Shown here: in pieces, positions 61,246-64,000 of the stretch
How the letters are laid out: every line of letters begins with the position of its first letter
How positions within the stretch are numbered: the stretch's first letter is position 1
Assembly (NCBI GenBank): GCA_903916595.1
Contig: CAIWXI010000135.1
Coordinates: 8,584-72,583 of the forward strand
Reading direction: 5' to 3'
DNA length: 64,000 bases
Origin: an uncultured Bacteroidales bacterium
GTDB taxonomy: Bacteria; Bacteroidota; Bacteroidia; Bacteroidales; FEN-979
Translations under genes and position numbers: made by a program
Notes under the pieces: model-generated
Seen by the model: the letters and a program-made list of their open reading frames with translations, nothing else
Database searches by the model: none
What the model was told of the DNA's origin: nothing

Positions 61246-63027
61246 TCAGGCTCGTACGTTTTTTATACTGAGCACTGACCAGGCCAACAAGTAAGGAATA
61301 GTGAATAATCCGGCTGCAACACCAATCCTGAGAAAAACAAGGTTCGGATAAATTACCCAAAGCAGTGAATAAGGGATTATGAGCAGGAACATCAGGGCTA
61401 TGAGCCTAACCAGCATTGGCGCAATGGTAAATAATCTTGCATACCCGGCATACACGCCGGCAAGCAATGCTCCATCTTTGGTTCTGTACAAATTTCTGCC
61501 GGTGCGGAGGCCGATCACACTTTTCCGGATACTATAAATGAAATAGATCAAAAACCCAATGTACATCCAGATCAGAAGCCTCAGCCAGGTATCAATGGGA
61601 AGGGCCGCCATCTGGCCCAGGCAAAATAACGCACCCAGAATAGGAATAAGCGGAACCAGAGGTGTACGGAAAGGCCTTGGGATGTCGGGACGGCTCTTTC
61701 TGAGGAATATTATGCTTATACAAACGATAGTGAATGCAAGCAGTGTGCCAATCGACACGAGTTCACCCAATATGCTGATCGGAAGAATGCCGGCCAGTAT
61801 CATAGCTACTCCACCGGTAAGCAAAGAGCTGATATACGGGGTTTTGTATTTTTTGTGTACCTTGGAAAAAACGGGTGGAAGCAGTCCGTCCTTCGACATC
61901 GTATAAAAGATCCTGGGCTGGCCCAGAAGCATTACCAGGATGACCGAGCTTAGTCCTGCAAGCGCAGCAATCTTGATGATGGGCCTAAGCCAGAACATTT
62001 TATCACCCATGGAATCAACACCTACAGCAACAGGATCAGGAACCAGAAGCCTGGGATAAGCGATGATACCGGTAAGTACAATAGCGACAAGGATATACAG
62101 TATCGTGGATATTCCCAGGGATCCAAGGATACCGATGGGCATATGTTTCTGTGGATTTTTCGCTTCCTGGGCTGCCGTGGATACTGCGTCGAACCCTATA
62201 TAGGCAAAGAAGATAACCCCTGCCGCCCTGAAAATGCCTGACCAGCCGAAATGCCCCCATTCCCCGGTATTGGGTGGTATAAATGGCGTCCAGTTCGAAC
62301 TCTTAACAAAAAAGAAGCCGATGGCGACGAACAGAATGATCACGCCAACTTTAGTGATGACCATGACGTTGTTGAAGTTCGCCGATTCCTTGATCCCAAT
62401 GATCAAAAGTAAGGTAAGGATGCCGACAATGAACATGGCAGGGATATTCATGATGGCGTGTGTTGTGGGAAGAGTCGCCACATCAATACCCTGTTTGGCA
62501 AGGTGTTCTAAAAGGTCGGCGGTTTTTGGAACCCAGCTTATTGGCCCGGGTGGATCGATCAGTGTGGTTCCTGATGCAGCAGCGAATTGTGCCGGGAGAT
62601 TGATCCCCAGATCATGAAGAAAGCTGACCGCATATCCTGACCAGCCGACCGAAACAGTGGAGGCTGCAAACAAGTATTCAAGAATAAGATCCCAGCCAAT
62701 AATCCATGCCAGGAATTCACCGAGAGTTGTATAGGCATAGGTGTAAGCGCTGCCGGATATCGGTATCATCGAAGCGAACTCTGCATAGCATAATCCGGCA
62801 AAGGCACAGGCGATACCCGAGATGATAAACGAAATCACGATAGCTGGCCCGGCGTACTGTGCTGCAGCCTGTCCGGTGAGGACAAAAATACCGGCGCCGA
62901 TGATACCTCCGATACCTAGTGTGGTCAGGTTTGTCGCCGTTAGCGCTTTCCTGAACCCCTGCTTGTTCTCTGAGGCTTCGTCGAGAAGCTCCTGAATGGG
63001 TTTGATGGTGAATAGCTTACTGCCCAT
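61246..63027 (-). CDS. APC-superfamily amino acid permease with a C-terminal PspC-like domain
   Basis: 593 aa. The first ~500 aa is a 14-TM cationic-amino-acid-transporter-like core (FRTPLVPLIPILG near TM13). The last ~82 aa, LYRTKDGALLAGVYAGYARLFTIAPMLVRLIALMF..., resembles a PspC domain. Confidence 0.85.
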   Translation of the reverse strand: MGSKLFTIKPIQELLDEASENKQGFRKALTATNLTTLGIGGIIGAGIFVLTGQAAAQYAGPAIVISFIISGIACAFAGLCYAEFASMIPISGSAYTYAYTTLGEFLAWIIGWDLILEYLFAASTVSVGWSGYAVSFLHDLGINLPAQFAAASGTTLIDPPGPISWVPKTADLLEHLAKQGIDVATLPTTHAIMNIPAMFIVGILTLLLIIGIKESANFNNVMVITKVGVIILFVAIGFFFVKSSNWTPFIPPNTGEWGHFGWSGIFRAAGVIFFAYIGFDAVSTAAQEAKNPQKHMPIGILGSLGISTILYILVAIVLTGIIAYPRLLVPDPVAVGVDSMGDKMFWLRPIIKIAALAGLSSVILVMLLGQPRIFYTMSKDGLLPPVFSKVHKKYKTPYISSLLTGGVAMILAGILPISILGELVSIGTLLAFTIVCISIIFLRKSRPDIPRPFRTPLVPLIPILGALFCLGQMAALPIDTWLRLLIWMYIGFLIYFIYSIRKSVIGLRTGRNLYRTKDGALLAGVYAGYARLFTIAPMLVRLIALMFLLIIPYSLLWVIYPNLVFLRIGVAAGLFTIPYLLAWSVLSIKNVRA

Positions 63028-63034
63028 AGAATGA

Positions 63035-63958
63035 TTATATCGCGGCTGCCATGATGATGGAAGCCTGTTTGGATTCTTCGGTATCGGAACGGGAAGTCAG
63101 GACGATGGGAGCGGCGGCGCCAAGCACTACAGCTGCCAGTTGAGCGTTTGCCGAAAAGCCCCATGATTTGTACAGCATGTTGCCAGCTTCAATATCGGGA
63201 GCTATCAACAAGTCGGCATCTCCGGCCACGTCGCTTACAATACCTTTATGTTTTGCACTTGCAAGGCTTACCGCATTGTCATAAGCCAGCGGACCGTCGA
63301 TGATGCAATTTTTGATCTGCCCGCGCTGGTTCATCTTTGCAAGAAGGGCACCGTCGATCGTTGCCTGCATGGCTTCGTTCACCATTTCCACGGCGGCAAG
63401 CACTGCAACCTTGGGTTTAAGGTATCCAAGCTTGTTCATAAATTCCACAGCGTTGTTGACAATGGCAATCTTGGTCTTGAAATCGGGAGCAGGTATCATG
63501 GCTGCATCACTCAGACCCAGAAGTTTGTGGTAGGTCGGTATTTCAAAGAGAGCAAAATGCGACAGCACATCACCCTTGCGTAAACCGTTCTCCTTGTCAA
63601 GAACCCCTCTGAGAAAAGTGGCCGTTGAAACAAAACCTTTCATCAATATGTCGGCTTGTTTCTCCCTCACCATTTTAACTGCAATTTTTACTGCCGCAGC
63701 ATCACCATCTTCGTTGATGATCTTCATCTTGCTGACATCAAGATTTAGTTTAGAAGCAATGTCATGTATTTTTTTTTCATTGCCGATAAGAATAGCCTCT
63801 ACAAGTCCCATCCTGTCGACAGCACAAATAGCTTCCAGGCAATGTTCGTCATGGGCTACGGCAACAGCGAGACGTTTTTTTCCTGATTTTTTTGCAAGGG
63901 CATGAAGTTCAGATAGTTTTGTGAGTACGCCGGGTAAGGCCTGAGTCTGGGTAGTCAT
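63035..63958 (-). CDS. ptb: Phosphate butyryltransferase
   Basis: 307 aa of the PTA_PTB family (ADILMKG, GPLAYDNA, LIAPDIEAGN). It is the first gene of a tight ptb-permease-buk operon. Confidence 0.9.
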   Translation of the reverse strand: MTTQTQALPGVLTKLSELHALAKKSGKKRLAVAVAHDEHCLEAICAVDRMGLVEAILIGNEKKIHDIASKLNLDVSKMKIINEDGDAAAVKIAVKMVREKQADILMKGFVSTATFLRGVLDKENGLRKGDVLSHFALFEIPTYHKLLGLSDAAMIPAPDFKTKIAIVNNAVEFMNKLGYLKPKVAVLAAVEMVNEAMQATIDGALLAKMNQRGQIKNCIIDGPLAYDNAVSLASAKHKGIVSDVAGDADLLIAPDIEAGNMLYKSWGFSANAQLAAVVLGAAAPIVLTSRSDTEESKQASIIMAAAI

Positions 63959-64000
63959 CGAAAATTTCCTCCTTAATTTTAAGTTATTTTATTCTTTTTT

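Noticed and set aside
1-64000. Search for a defence or mobile system (restriction/Abi/CBASS/retron-like genes, toxin-antitoxin pairs, transposases, phage genes)
   Set aside because: None of the 53 translated products shows nuclease, helicase/ATPase-defence, reverse-transcriptase, recombinase or phage-structural motifs. The unknown genes are mostly signal-peptide envelope proteins. I therefore make no protein-based novel-system claim.

Overview
The window looks like Bacteroidota chromosome. Support: a T9SS C-terminal sorting domain, many lipoprotein and OM beta-barrel genes, TAnnTTTG -7 boxes, and about 45-50% GC by eye with two AT-richer patches. I call 53 protein genes and 2 tRNAs. Recognisable modules, in order: a partial OYE flavin reductase; a Tat-exported Gfo/Idh/MocA oxidoreductase; a two-subunit 3-oxoacid CoA-transferase; an LruC-domain lipoprotein; a cytoplasmic hybrid histidine kinase downstream of four envelope genes; a GMC oxidoreductase; an M13 peptidase; modABC; a GH2 / MFS / GH35 galactoside locus; a complete leucine-catabolic (liu/mcc) cluster with an extra HMG-CoA-lyase paralog; a RelA-like synthetase coupled to an ABC-2 exporter; tRNA-Pro(CGG) and tRNA-Thr(CGT); a DPP-IV peptidase; and a ptb / amino-acid permease / buk operon. 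I found no transposase, integrase, CRISPR array, nuclease/ATPase defence genes or prophage. The most unusual signal is noncoding. At least six families of 7- or 8-nt tandem arrays, plus 36- and 38-nt repeats and a dispersed ~55-nt leader, fill intergenic spacers. They sit on or next to stop and start codons, often as inverted pairs that could form long hairpins. Secondary observations include an APC permease fused to a PspC-like domain inside the ptb-buk operon, an OM barrel fused to a SPOR domain, a divergent second HMGL-like lyase, a phased TTGTAAA operator-like site, and a low-GC modABC patch. All functional calls come from reading the translations. No database search was run.
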